64,000 nt of DNA from an uncultured bacterium (GTDB lineage: Bacteria > Hydrothermota > UBA3073 > NMUJ01 > CBEVQO01): positions 352,001 through 416,000 of the forward strand of contig CBEVQO010000001.1 of the NCBI GenBank assembly GCA_965552055.1. The letters run 5' to 3'. A program made the translations under genes and the position numbers. A model generated the notes under the pieces. It saw only the letters and a list, made by a program, of their open reading frames with translations, did not search any database and was not told where the DNA came from. Of this stretch, positions 9,977 to 18,686 are shown one piece after another. Numbering within the stretch: the stretch's first letter is position 1; every line of letters starts with the position of its first letter.

Positions 9977-10725
9977 AAGGATTGATAGAATTTTCTCCAC
10001 TCGACCTTATTGACATAGGAGTAGTAGCAGTACTGATTTACATTTTCCTGAATTTCATAAAAGGAACAATGGGAATTCAGATGTTAATTGGTCTTGTTAT
10101 AATAATTCTTGTGATATTTACTGGAAGTTTATTTGGTTTACCAACTTTAACATGGCTTGGTAAGGGCCTCGGTATTGCCTGGATAGTGCTTTTTGCAATT
10201 TTATTTCAAAACGAACTGAAATATGCATTTGCTAAGATGGGTTCTCGTCGTTTCTGGCGTAAGTTTTTTCGTGGAGAAGCACAAATTGATGTCGTAAAGG
10301 AGATAGTGGATGCTGCATTCGAAATAAGAGCACATGGAATAGGTGCACTTATAGTTATAGAAAGAGCGGTTTCACTTGAAAACATTGTAAGAAGTGGCAG
10401 ACCTTTACAGGCACTTGTATCAAGTGATTTGATATCAACGATTTTCACTCCATACTCGCCTTTGCATGATGGAGCGATCGTGATAAGAGGCGATATGATA
10501 GTTGCAGCAGGTTGTATTCTTCCAATCTCCGATAATCCAAGGATTGACAGAAGATATGGTATGAGACACAGAGCAGCTGTGGGTATCACAGAGCAAACAG
10601 ATGCAATTTGTGTGGTCGTATCAGAAGAAACAGGTCAGGTATCCTTTGTGCAAAGTGGACAACTGATACCGATAAAGAAAAGAGAAGAGCTAAGAAATAT
10701 GCTGAATTCTGCCCTACCGGGATGA
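9973..10725 (+). CDS. cdaA: Diadenylate cyclase CdaA/DacA
   Basis: Three N-terminal TM helices, PLHDGA and GMRHRAA motifs. Confidence 0.93.
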   Translation: MKGLIEFSPLDLIDIGVVAVLIYIFLNFIKGTMGIQMLIGLVIIILVIFTGSLFGLPTLTWLGKGLGIAWIVLFAILFQNELKYAFAKMGSRRFWRKFFRGEAQIDVVKEIVDAAFEIRAHGIGALIVIERAVSLENIVRSGRPLQALVSSDLISTIFTPYSPLHDGAIVIRGDMIVAAGCILPISDNPRIDRRYGMRHRAAVGITEQTDAICVVVSEETGQVSFVQSGQLIPIKKREELRNMLNSALPG

Positions 10726-10780
10726 TTGAAAAATTAATTGACATTATCAAAAATTCAATAAAAAGGAAAGATAAAAGGGG

Positions 10781-13627
10781 GTGATGATGCTCTGGGGTTT
10801 CCTGATAACATTTGTAATATCATTTGTCGTTTATCTTTATGCGATGGCTCCTTCTGCATCTTTCTGGGATTGCGGTGAGTATTTGTCATGCGCTTATTGC
10901 CTTGGAGTACCGCATCCTCCTGGTGCACCCTTAAATGTAATACTGCGAAAGTTCTTTATGCTTGTGATACCTTTCTGGCGTGATTACGCAGCGAGGTCAA
11001 ACTTTATGTCGGTAATAATGTCGGCATTCGCAGTGGGACTCCTTTACATCTTTGCCTATAAGATATGTAAAAGTATTTTTGCGAAGCGTGAAGAAGAAAA
11101 AGAAGATAGATTAAACAAAATTTTACCACATGCCTGTGCGATAGCAGGGGCTCTGGCAGCGGGCTTTTCTTTCTCATTCTGGCATAATGCAGTGGAATCA
11201 GAGGCATATGCACCTGCCACATTCTTTTTAATACTGGCACTGTGGCTCGCACTTTTATGGGAAGAAAATCGCAATCCAAGATTTTTAATATTATCTGGGT
11301 ATGTGATGGTGCTCGGGATGCAGGTGCACTGGATGGCTCTGCTTGCTATGGTGCCAGTTGTATTCCATTACCTTTATTCAAAAAGAAAAGAGATAAGGAA
11401 AACAGAAAACAAAAACGCCTTTTTTGAATGGATTAGAATTTATCTTATTGGTATCGTTATCTTTGTGATATTTATCGCATTACCTGTTACAAGAGCGTTA
11501 GAAGTGCCGCTTAAAGAAGCGGTATTTGGGAGTCTCGGTATAGTGCTGGGAATGATACTCATGCATATCGCAGTGCAGTGGATGGAACTTAAATACGAAA
11601 AGAAAATGTTCTTAATCTCTTTGATCCTCATAATAGCGGGACTATCAATTTACTTTTATTTGCTTATAAGAGCAAGGCACTATCCTGAAATAAATGAATG
11701 TGAGCCAACAACTTTAAGAGCTTTGTGGGATGTATTCACAAGGAAACAATATGGTCCGGAGAAAGCTTTGAGTTTATTCAAAAGAAAAACCTGCATAAAA
11801 ACAGGTTATCCATTTATCGTTGGATTATTCTGGCAGATACATTTTTATCTTAAATACGCAAACTGGCAGTGGCTACCATGGCCAAGAGAGGCAGTATTCG
11901 GAGGATACGAAACTTCCACCATAATCCAGAAATTATCGGTATTTGGAACAACAGTAATGGCATTGACATCAATTTACGGAATTTATAACACATTTAAATA
12001 TAACAAAAAATTATTCATCCTTATATTTGGTGCATATTTCATGACAAGTTTTGCCCTGATATTCTATATGAATTACAAATTCGCACCTTCTGACCCGAAT
12101 CCTATGCATCAACCAAGGGAAGTGAGGGAGCGTCAGTATTTCTTCGGACCTGCATCAGCACTGCTAAGCCTATTTATAGGCGTGGGAATTTATTCATTAA
12201 TCCTTGATATTAGAAAATATCTTAGAAAAGCATCTCTAATACTGCTCGGAATGGGAATTGTCCCATTAATATCAAACTGGCATTCTCATGCAAATAGACA
12301 CAAAAATTATATTTGCTCTGAATATGGTAAAAATATGCTACTATCATGCGATAAAAACGCTGTGTTATACACAAATGGGGATAATGATACATTCCCATTA
12401 TGGTTCGCCCAAACAGTTTTGGGAGTAAGAAAAGATGTAAAGATAGCAAATTTATCACTATTAAACACAAACTGGTATATAAAACAATTAAAAAGAAGAG
12501 GCGCACCTATAAGCTTATCGGACTTCCAGATAGATAATCTAAATCCATTGCCTGCTATGAAAGATGGTAAAATGGTGAAAGGACAAATTTTATATGTAAA
12601 AGATATCGCAATAAGAGATATGGTAGCGACGAACGCTGGGTTGAAATTCGAGCCAAAATTACTTCTACCTGTGATGGTAAATACATTGCCAAAGAAATAT
12701 AGAAAATTATTTAAAGGAAGAGACATCATTTATCCACGGGAATATGTAAGAATACTACCAAAAGAATACTGGTTCAGATTGCCAGAAGAATATCTGTTAC
12801 CAAAAGGTGAATTCGAAGATTTAGTTCTATCCAGGGGATACAAAGGTAAAATACCGATTTATTTTGCAGTAACGGTATCCGAAGAAAATACAAAGGGCTA
12901 TAATAAATACTTAAGAATGGAAGGACTTGTTAGAAGAATTGTGCCAAAAGAAGAGGCAGGATTTTCCATAGAAAAATCCGAGAGTTTATTATACAAAGTG
13001 TATAGATATGATTCTGCTCTTGACCCCGAAGTGTATAAAGATAAAAATATAAAGCGTCTTTTATCGAATTATGCTGCTATATTCTGGGCGCTCGGACAGG
13101 CATATTACAGAAAAGGAGATATAGATAATGCAATAAAAGCATTTGAATTTGGGAGACAATTTAAAACATCACAGAAAATACCATTTGACCACTATCTCGC
13201 AGTATTGTATATGGAAAAAAGAGACACTGCAAATGCGATAAAATATTTGAAATCAGCAGAAAATATAAAGAGTGCTGAAGGATGGTATCTGCTCGGAGAA
13301 TTTTATTTAGAAGAAAATAGAAAAAATTATAGGGCAGCGGAAAATGCATTTAAAAATGCAGTAAAGGCAAATCCCAAAAATCCAATAGGTTATGTTGGAT
13401 TGTTAAGAATTTATAAAGAAACGAATCAAGGTAAAAAGCTTGATTCAATAATTTCAAAATGTGTGGATAATGCTAAACTTGCTGGTAAAATCCTGGGATT
13501 TGCTATCGCTGAAAAATATTATGATATTGCAGAAAAACTGGTAAGAAAATGGCTCAAAAAGCATCCTTATGATAGAAATGCTAAAAAATTGCTCGATAGT
13601 TTAAAAACATTAAAAAGGAGGGGATGA
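10781..13627 (+). CDS. DUF2723 (TMEM260-like GT-C glycosyltransferase) membrane protein with C-terminal TPR
   Basis: APSASFWDCGEY...LGVPHPPG, AVESEAY, GDNDTFPLW, NLSLLNTNWY, TPR-like C-terminus. Confidence 0.85.
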   Translation: MMMLWGFLITFVISFVVYLYAMAPSASFWDCGEYLSCAYCLGVPHPPGAPLNVILRKFFMLVIPFWRDYAARSNFMSVIMSAFAVGLLYIFAYKICKSIFAKREEEKEDRLNKILPHACAIAGALAAGFSFSFWHNAVESEAYAPATFFLILALWLALLWEENRNPRFLILSGYVMVLGMQVHWMALLAMVPVVFHYLYSKRKEIRKTENKNAFFEWIRIYLIGIVIFVIFIALPVTRALEVPLKEAVFGSLGIVLGMILMHIAVQWMELKYEKKMFLISLILIIAGLSIYFYLLIRARHYPEINECEPTTLRALWDVFTRKQYGPEKALSLFKRKTCIKTGYPFIVGLFWQIHFYLKYANWQWLPWPREAVFGGYETSTIIQKLSVFGTTVMALTSIYGIYNTFKYNKKLFILIFGAYFMTSFALIFYMNYKFAPSDPNPMHQPREVRERQYFFGPASALLSLFIGVGIYSLILDIRKYLRKASLILLGMGIVPLISNWHSHANRHKNYICSEYGKNMLLSCDKNAVLYTNGDNDTFPLWFAQTVLGVRKDVKIANLSLLNTNWYIKQLKRRGAPISLSDFQIDNLNPLPAMKDGKMVKGQILYVKDIAIRDMVATNAGLKFEPKLLLPVMVNTLPKKYRKLFKGRDIIYPREYVRILPKEYWFRLPEEYLLPKGEFEDLVLSRGYKGKIPIYFAVTVSEENTKGYNKYLRMEGLVRRIVPKEEAGFSIEKSESLLYKVYRYDSALDPEVYKDKNIKRLLSNYAAIFWALGQAYYRKGDIDNAIKAFEFGRQFKTSQKIPFDHYLAVLYMEKRDTANAIKYLKSAENIKSAEGWYLLGEFYLEENRKNYRAAENAFKNAVKANPKNPIGYVGLLRIYKETNQGKKLDSIISKCVDNAKLAGKILGFAIAEKYYDIAEKLVRKWLKKHPYDRNAKKLLDSLKTLKRRG

Positions 13628-14277
13628 TGAGAGTAAAATTTCTGGGACATGCAACTTTCCTGATAGAGTCAAAAGAGGGGACAAAAATAATAACAGACCC
13701 CTATAAGCCGGGAGCATACGGAAGCCTTAACTATAAACCCATTCCTTACGAGGCAGATATCGTTACTGTGAGCCATGAACATGATGACCATAACTATGTG
13801 GATGGAGTAAAAGGAAATCCAGAAGTTGTAAAGGGCACAGGCGAAAAAGAAATCAAAGGAATGAAATTTAAAGGAATTCAAACTTTCCACGATAAATCAG
13901 GAGGTAAAGAAAGGGGATTAAATACCGTCTTTGTAATGGATATAGATGGATTCAAAGTTTGTCATCTGGGGGACATTGGAGATACTCCAACAGATGCCCA
14001 ATTTTCAGAGATAGGAAAAGTAGATGTACTCTTAATACCGGTAGGAGGGCATTTCACGGTAGAACCCGATGAAGCATGGCAAATAGCACAAAGAATAGCA
14101 CCAAAAGTAATAATACCCATGCATTTCAAAACAGAAGCAATAGGTTTTCCGATAAAGCCCGTTGATGATTTCATAAGGGGAAAAGAAAATGTCAAAAAAC
14201 TGGGTAAATGCGAAGTGGAAATTACACAATTGCCAGAAAAAACAGAAATATGGGTGCTCGAACCTGAATTGAAATAA
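13624..14277 (+). CDS. MBL-fold metallo-hydrolase
   Basis: FLGHATF, SHEHDDH, HLGD, IPMH. Confidence 0.9.
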   Translation: MMRVKFLGHATFLIESKEGTKIITDPYKPGAYGSLNYKPIPYEADIVTVSHEHDDHNYVDGVKGNPEVVKGTGEKEIKGMKFKGIQTFHDKSGGKERGLNTVFVMDIDGFKVCHLGDIGDTPTDAQFSEIGKVDVLLIPVGGHFTVEPDEAWQIAQRIAPKVIIPMHFKTEAIGFPIKPVDDFIRGKENVKKLGKCEVEITQLPEKTEIWVLEPELK

Positions 14278-14300
14278 TTGAAAAATAAAAGGAGGTGAAA

Positions 14301-15233
14301 ATGGTAGACGGATTAAAAATCATCATAGGAAGGTCTAACCCTGAATTAGGCAAAGAAATTGCAGAATATCTGGGAGTGAAACCAACCGATGTTATAATAA
14401 AGGAATTTTCAGATGGAGAGATATTTGTGAAGATAAACGAAAATATAAGAGGAATGGATGTATTTATAATTCAATCAACACATCCACCAGCGGAAAACAT
14501 AATGGAATTGCTATTGTTGATTGACGCTGCTAAAAGAGCATCTGCACAGAGAGTAACAGCGGTCATCCCCTATTTTGGATACGCAAGACAGGATAAAAAA
14601 GATGAACCCCGTGTACCTATATCTGCAAAACTTATGGCAAATCTCTTAACTACAGCAGGAGCAGATAGAATTTTAACAATAGACCTGCATGCAGCACAAA
14701 TTCAGGGCTTCTTCGATATACCGGTTGACCATCTCCTATCAACACCCGTTATAATCGAAACTTTTAAAGATATAGCAAAAGATGACCTCGTAATAGTAGC
14801 TCCTGATGCAGGAGGAGCAAAGAGGGCACATGAGATAGCAAAGAAAATGGGAGACTTATCGATGGCGATAGTTGATAAAAGAAGACCTGCACCAAATCTA
14901 TCTTATGTAACTTATGTTGTTGGAGATGTGAAAGATAAAAATGTGCTTATAGTTGATGATATTGTAGATACTGCAGGCACACTCACAGGAGCAGCTCAGG
15001 CATTAAAAGATTCGGGTGCAAAAAAGGTTATGGCTTTCTGCACGCATCCTGTATTATCGGGAAAGGCAAAAGAAAGGATAGAGAGTTCACCTATAGAAAA
15101 ATTGTATGTAGCAAATACAATACCTTTAAAATGGAAATCAAAGAAAATAGTTCAGGTGTCGCTCGCAAAGTTGTTCGGCGAAGCAATAAGACGAATCCAT
15201 AACGAAGAATCCGTTAGCTCACTATTTGTGTAA
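14301..15233 (+). CDS. prs: Ribose-phosphate pyrophosphokinase
   Basis: FSDGE, PYFGYARQD, DLHAAQIQGFF, VDDIVDTAGT. GGAGGTG SD before ATG 14301. Confidence 0.97.
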   Translation: MVDGLKIIIGRSNPELGKEIAEYLGVKPTDVIIKEFSDGEIFVKINENIRGMDVFIIQSTHPPAENIMELLLLIDAAKRASAQRVTAVIPYFGYARQDKKDEPRVPISAKLMANLLTTAGADRILTIDLHAAQIQGFFDIPVDHLLSTPVIIETFKDIAKDDLVIVAPDAGGAKRAHEIAKKMGDLSMAIVDKRRPAPNLSYVTYVVGDVKDKNVLIVDDIVDTAGTLTGAAQALKDSGAKKVMAFCTHPVLSGKAKERIESSPIEKLYVANTIPLKWKSKKIVQVSLAKLFGEAIRRIHNEESVSSLFV

Positions 15234-15242
15234 AGAGACAAA

Positions 15243-15668
15243 ATGAGGGAAATACAGGCAAAAATAAAATTAATAAATTATGAGGATATGGAATTATATG
15301 CAGAAGGTTCGATAAAAGATACACAAATAAGAGTGGTAGAAGAAGAAGGCATAATTGACACTAATTTAAGACGCCTCATCATACCAAGAAGAATCTTCGA
15401 AAAACTTGGCTTAAGAAAAATCGACGAAGTTGAAGTTACTTATGCGGACGGAAGAAAGGAAAAGAAAACAGTCGCCTCCGTAGTGATAGTGGAAATAAAA
15501 GGAAGAAAGGCATACACCACACCGATAGTTGAAGAAAATGACAAAATACTGATCGGCAACCCAATTCTCGAAGAGATGGATTTCTATATCGATACCGTAA
15601 CAGGGGAGATAAAGCCGCGCCACCCCGAGGCAAAAGGTCCGGTTGAATTTATAGGGAGTGTAAAATGA
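15243..15668 (+). CDS. Clan AA (retropepsin-like) aspartic protease homolog, copy 1, with DTN instead of DTG
   Basis: GIIDTNLRRLIIP, VTYADG, LIGNPILEEMD fit the retropepsin pattern. Confidence 0.7.
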   Translation: MREIQAKIKLINYEDMELYAEGSIKDTQIRVVEEEGIIDTNLRRLIIPRRIFEKLGLRKIDEVEVTYADGRKEKKTVASVVIVEIKGRKAYTTPIVEENDKILIGNPILEEMDFYIDTVTGEIKPRHPEAKGPVEFIGSVK

Positions 15669-16117
15669 GAGAAATACAGGCAAAAATAAAATTAATAAAT
15701 TATGAGGATATGGAATTATATGCAGAAGGTTCGATAAAAGATACACAAATAAGAGTGGTAGAAGAAGAAGGCATAATTGACACTAATTTAAGACGCCTCA
15801 TCATACCAAGAAGAATCTTCGAAAAACTTGGCTTAAGAAAAATCGACGAAGTTGAAGTTACTTATGCGGACGGAAGAAAGGAAAAGAAAACAGTCGCCTC
15901 CGTAGTGATAGTGGAAATAAAAGGAAGAAAGGCATACACCACACCGATAGTTGAAGAAAATGACAAAATACTGATCGGCAACCCAATTCTCGAAGAGATG
16001 GATTTCTATGTCGATGCCGTAACAGGGGAGATAAAGCCACGCCACCCCGAGGCAAAAGGTCCGGTAGCGTATATCGAACAAATGAAAGAAATTTCAACAG
16101 GAGGTAAAAATGGATAA
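15665..16117 (+). CDS. Clan AA aspartic protease homolog, copy 2
   Basis: Near-identical tandem copy at 422-bp offset with a different C-terminal tail. Confidence 0.7.
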   Translation: MREIQAKIKLINYEDMELYAEGSIKDTQIRVVEEEGIIDTNLRRLIIPRRIFEKLGLRKIDEVEVTYADGRKEKKTVASVVIVEIKGRKAYTTPIVEENDKILIGNPILEEMDFYVDAVTGEIKPRHPEAKGPVAYIEQMKEISTGGKNG

Positions 16118-16310
16118 AACAAAAATCCTAATAGGACATATCTTTTTGATTGCAGGATGTATACTCCTAACTTGGGGGCTTTACCTTTTACCCTATTCAA
16201 AGCCCACCTTCATAGACATTTTCACAAGACCGCTTTTCTGGGGACTAATATCAATATTCGGAGGAATTTGTGCAATATTCCATGGCTTCTGCAAATGCAC
16301 AAAAACATAA
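16110..16310 (+). CDS. Small two-TM membrane protein
   Basis: GGAGG SD, two hydrophobic segments, overlaps both neighbours. Confidence 0.65.
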   Translation: MDKTKILIGHIFLIAGCILLTWGLYLLPYSKPTFIDIFTRPLFWGLISIFGGICAIFHGFCKCTKT

Positions 16311-17905
16311 AAAAATTATTAAACGAAAAGATTAAAAAATTATCAGGAATAGATAAATTCGAAATACTGGAGCCAAAAAGAGAATTCGGCGATTACTCAA
16401 CAAATATCGCATTGAAAGCAGGAAAAGGTAGAGAAAAAGAATTCGCAGATGAATTCATAAAAAAACTAAAAGAAGATAAAGAAATAAGTAAAATCTTCGA
16501 CAAAATAGAATTCGTAAAAGGTTACATAAACTTCCATTTCAAAAAAGAATTTTTGCAAAAAACAATAAAAGAGATAGATGAAAATTTTGGTAGAGAAAAC
16601 CTTGGCAAAGGACAAAAAGTTTTGTTTGAATTTGTATCCGCAAATCCAACAGGTCCCCTAAATGTGGCAAACGGCAGAGCAGCAGCGATAGGTGACTCGC
16701 TCGTAAGAATTTACAGATTCCTGGGGTGGGATGCACACTCAGAATATTATGTAAACGATACAGGAAGACAGATAAGACTGCTGGGAGAATCACTCAAAGC
16801 ACGATATAAACAATTAAAGGGAGAGGATATACCCTTGCCAGAAAATGGATACAAAGGCGAATACATTATAGAAGATGCAAAATTATTGCTGGAAATGGAA
16901 AAAAATGGAGAGTTACCGGATTTCACAGAATTCGAAGTAGAAAGAAGAATAGAAGACCACAGAGAAACACTAAAAGAAATGGGCGTAGAATACGATAAAT
17001 GGATAAGAGAAAGCCAGATTGTAAAAGAAGGAAGGGCAGATGAAGTTCTACAAAAACTCAGAGAAAAAGGACTCACTTATGAGAAAGAAGGAGCAATTTA
17101 TTTCAAAGCAAAAGATTTCGGAGATAAAAGAGATAGAGTACTGGTGAAAAGTGATGGAGAATATACATATTTACTGAAAGATATAGCCTATCATATATAC
17201 AAATTTGAGAGAGGATACGAAATTCTATACGATTTATTGGGACCCGATCACATCGACCAGTTTATATCGGTACAGGCAGGATTAAGAGCACTAGGTTACC
17301 CAGCAGAAAATGTAAAACTATTGATAATACAATGGACTACATTGATAGAGAGAAAAGAAGGCGAAAAAGTAAAAGTAGGGATGTCAAAAAGAGAAGGCAA
17401 ACTGGTAGAACTACATGACCTTATAAAAGAAGTAGGCAAAGATGCAGCAAGATTTTTCTATGTGATGAGAAGACCAGAAAAACATCTGGAATTCGATGTG
17501 GAACTCGCGAAAAAAGAAGCAAAAGAAAATCCTGTATATTATGTAATGTATGCATATGCAAGAATAAGGAGTATATTCAGAAAGTTAAAGGAAGAAGGTA
17601 TAGAGGTAAATTATAGGGATGCGGATACATCGCTCCTCAACGCACAGGAAGAGATAGAATTAATGCGAAAATTAATGCATTTCCCGGAAATTGTAGAGTT
17701 ATCGGCAAAACAATTATCGCCACATAATATAGCATTTTATCTGATAGAACTGGCGACACTATTTCACAACTATTATGAGAAGCATAGAGTTATACAGAAA
17801 GATATAGATATAATGTCGGCACGCCTTTTATTATGTGAAAAAATAGGGTATGTAATAAAAACAGGATTAAATCTTTTAGGTATAGAGCCTCCGGAAAAAA
17901 TGTAA
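16295..17905 (+). CDS. argS: Arginine--tRNA ligase
   Basis: FGDYSTN, EFVSANPTGPLNV, EYYVND, MSKREG, YVMYAYARI. Start placed at MHKNIK. Confidence 0.95.
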   Translation: MHKNIKKLLNEKIKKLSGIDKFEILEPKREFGDYSTNIALKAGKGREKEFADEFIKKLKEDKEISKIFDKIEFVKGYINFHFKKEFLQKTIKEIDENFGRENLGKGQKVLFEFVSANPTGPLNVANGRAAAIGDSLVRIYRFLGWDAHSEYYVNDTGRQIRLLGESLKARYKQLKGEDIPLPENGYKGEYIIEDAKLLLEMEKNGELPDFTEFEVERRIEDHRETLKEMGVEYDKWIRESQIVKEGRADEVLQKLREKGLTYEKEGAIYFKAKDFGDKRDRVLVKSDGEYTYLLKDIAYHIYKFERGYEILYDLLGPDHIDQFISVQAGLRALGYPAENVKLLIIQWTTLIERKEGEKVKVGMSKREGKLVELHDLIKEVGKDAARFFYVMRRPEKHLEFDVELAKKEAKENPVYYVMYAYARIRSIFRKLKEEGIEVNYRDADTSLLNAQEEIELMRKLMHFPEIVELSAKQLSPHNIAFYLIELATLFHNYYEKHRVIQKDIDIMSARLLLCEKIGYVIKTGLNLLGIEPPEKM

Positions 17906-17906
17906 A

Positions 17907-18632
17907 ATGAGGATTGTGATTGAATTTAAAAACGAAATATTTTTGCCCTTTAAGCATTACAATCATATTTTGCAATCTTTCATTTATCGTAATTTGCCGA
18001 AAAATCTGGCAAAATTCCTGCATGAGGAGGGCTTCTCACATGGTAAACGCAAATTCAAACTATTTACATTCTCAAGATTAATAGGCAAATCAAAAATAAA
18101 AGACGAATTCATAAAAATTTCACCACCTGTTTCACTAAAAATATCCTCCCCTCAGAAAGAATTCATTATTGGTTTAATAAACGAAATAATGAAGAAGCAA
18201 AAGTTAAAAATAGGTGAAAACGAAGTAGAAATCGACAATATAAGAGTAGAACAAAAGCCACAATTTGAGAGTATAACAAAAATAAAGATGCTATCACCCA
18301 TGACTGTATATAGCACATTCAAAAAGGAAGGTAAAAAGAAGCAATATTTTTACAATCCGAAGGAAAAAGACTTCTCAAGACTCATTGAAGAAAACCTGAA
18401 AAAGAAATACAAAGCTTTTTATGGTAAAGATATAGAGGGTAGATTGGAGGTTTATCCCTTACATATAGATAGTAAAGATTTAAAGATTGTATATTTTAAA
18501 GGCACGGTTATAAAGGGATGGATGGGCAGGTATGAGTTAAGGGGCGATGAGAGATTGATGTCATGGGCATGGGAGGTGGGTCTTGGTGCGAAAAACTCCC
18601 AGGGCTTCGGCATGTTCGAAGTAATCAGATAA
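17907..18632 (+). CDS. cas6: CRISPR-associated endoribonuclease Cas6
   Basis: FKLFTFSRL, LSPMTVY, C-terminal GLGAKNSQGFG. Confidence 0.95.
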   Translation: MRIVIEFKNEIFLPFKHYNHILQSFIYRNLPKNLAKFLHEEGFSHGKRKFKLFTFSRLIGKSKIKDEFIKISPPVSLKISSPQKEFIIGLINEIMKKQKLKIGENEVEIDNIRVEQKPQFESITKIKMLSPMTVYSTFKKEGKKKQYFYNPKEKDFSRLIEENLKKKYKAFYGKDIEGRLEVYPLHIDSKDLKIVYFKGTVIKGWMGRYELRGDERLMSWAWEVGLGAKNSQGFGMFEVIR

Positions 18633-18652
18633 ATTTTTTGGAAATTTTTTAC

Positions 18653-18680
18653 TTGACAAACTGAGAATTTAAATTATAAA
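18653..18680 (+). promoter_or_regulatory. Internal promoter in front of cas8
   Basis: TTGACA 18653-18658, N16, TATAAA 18675-18680, ATG 18687. Confidence 0.6.
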
Positions 18681-18686
18681 AGAAAG

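Noticed and set aside
16157..16294. Long N-terminal extension of ArgS in the ORF track
   Set aside because: Overlaps the small membrane gene; ArgS-like sequence starts near ATG 16295
18633..18686. Possible CRISPR-linked toxin/antitoxin RNA (creTA-like) between cas6 and cas8
   Set aside because: Only 54 nt, no repeat-like sequence, explained by a promoter
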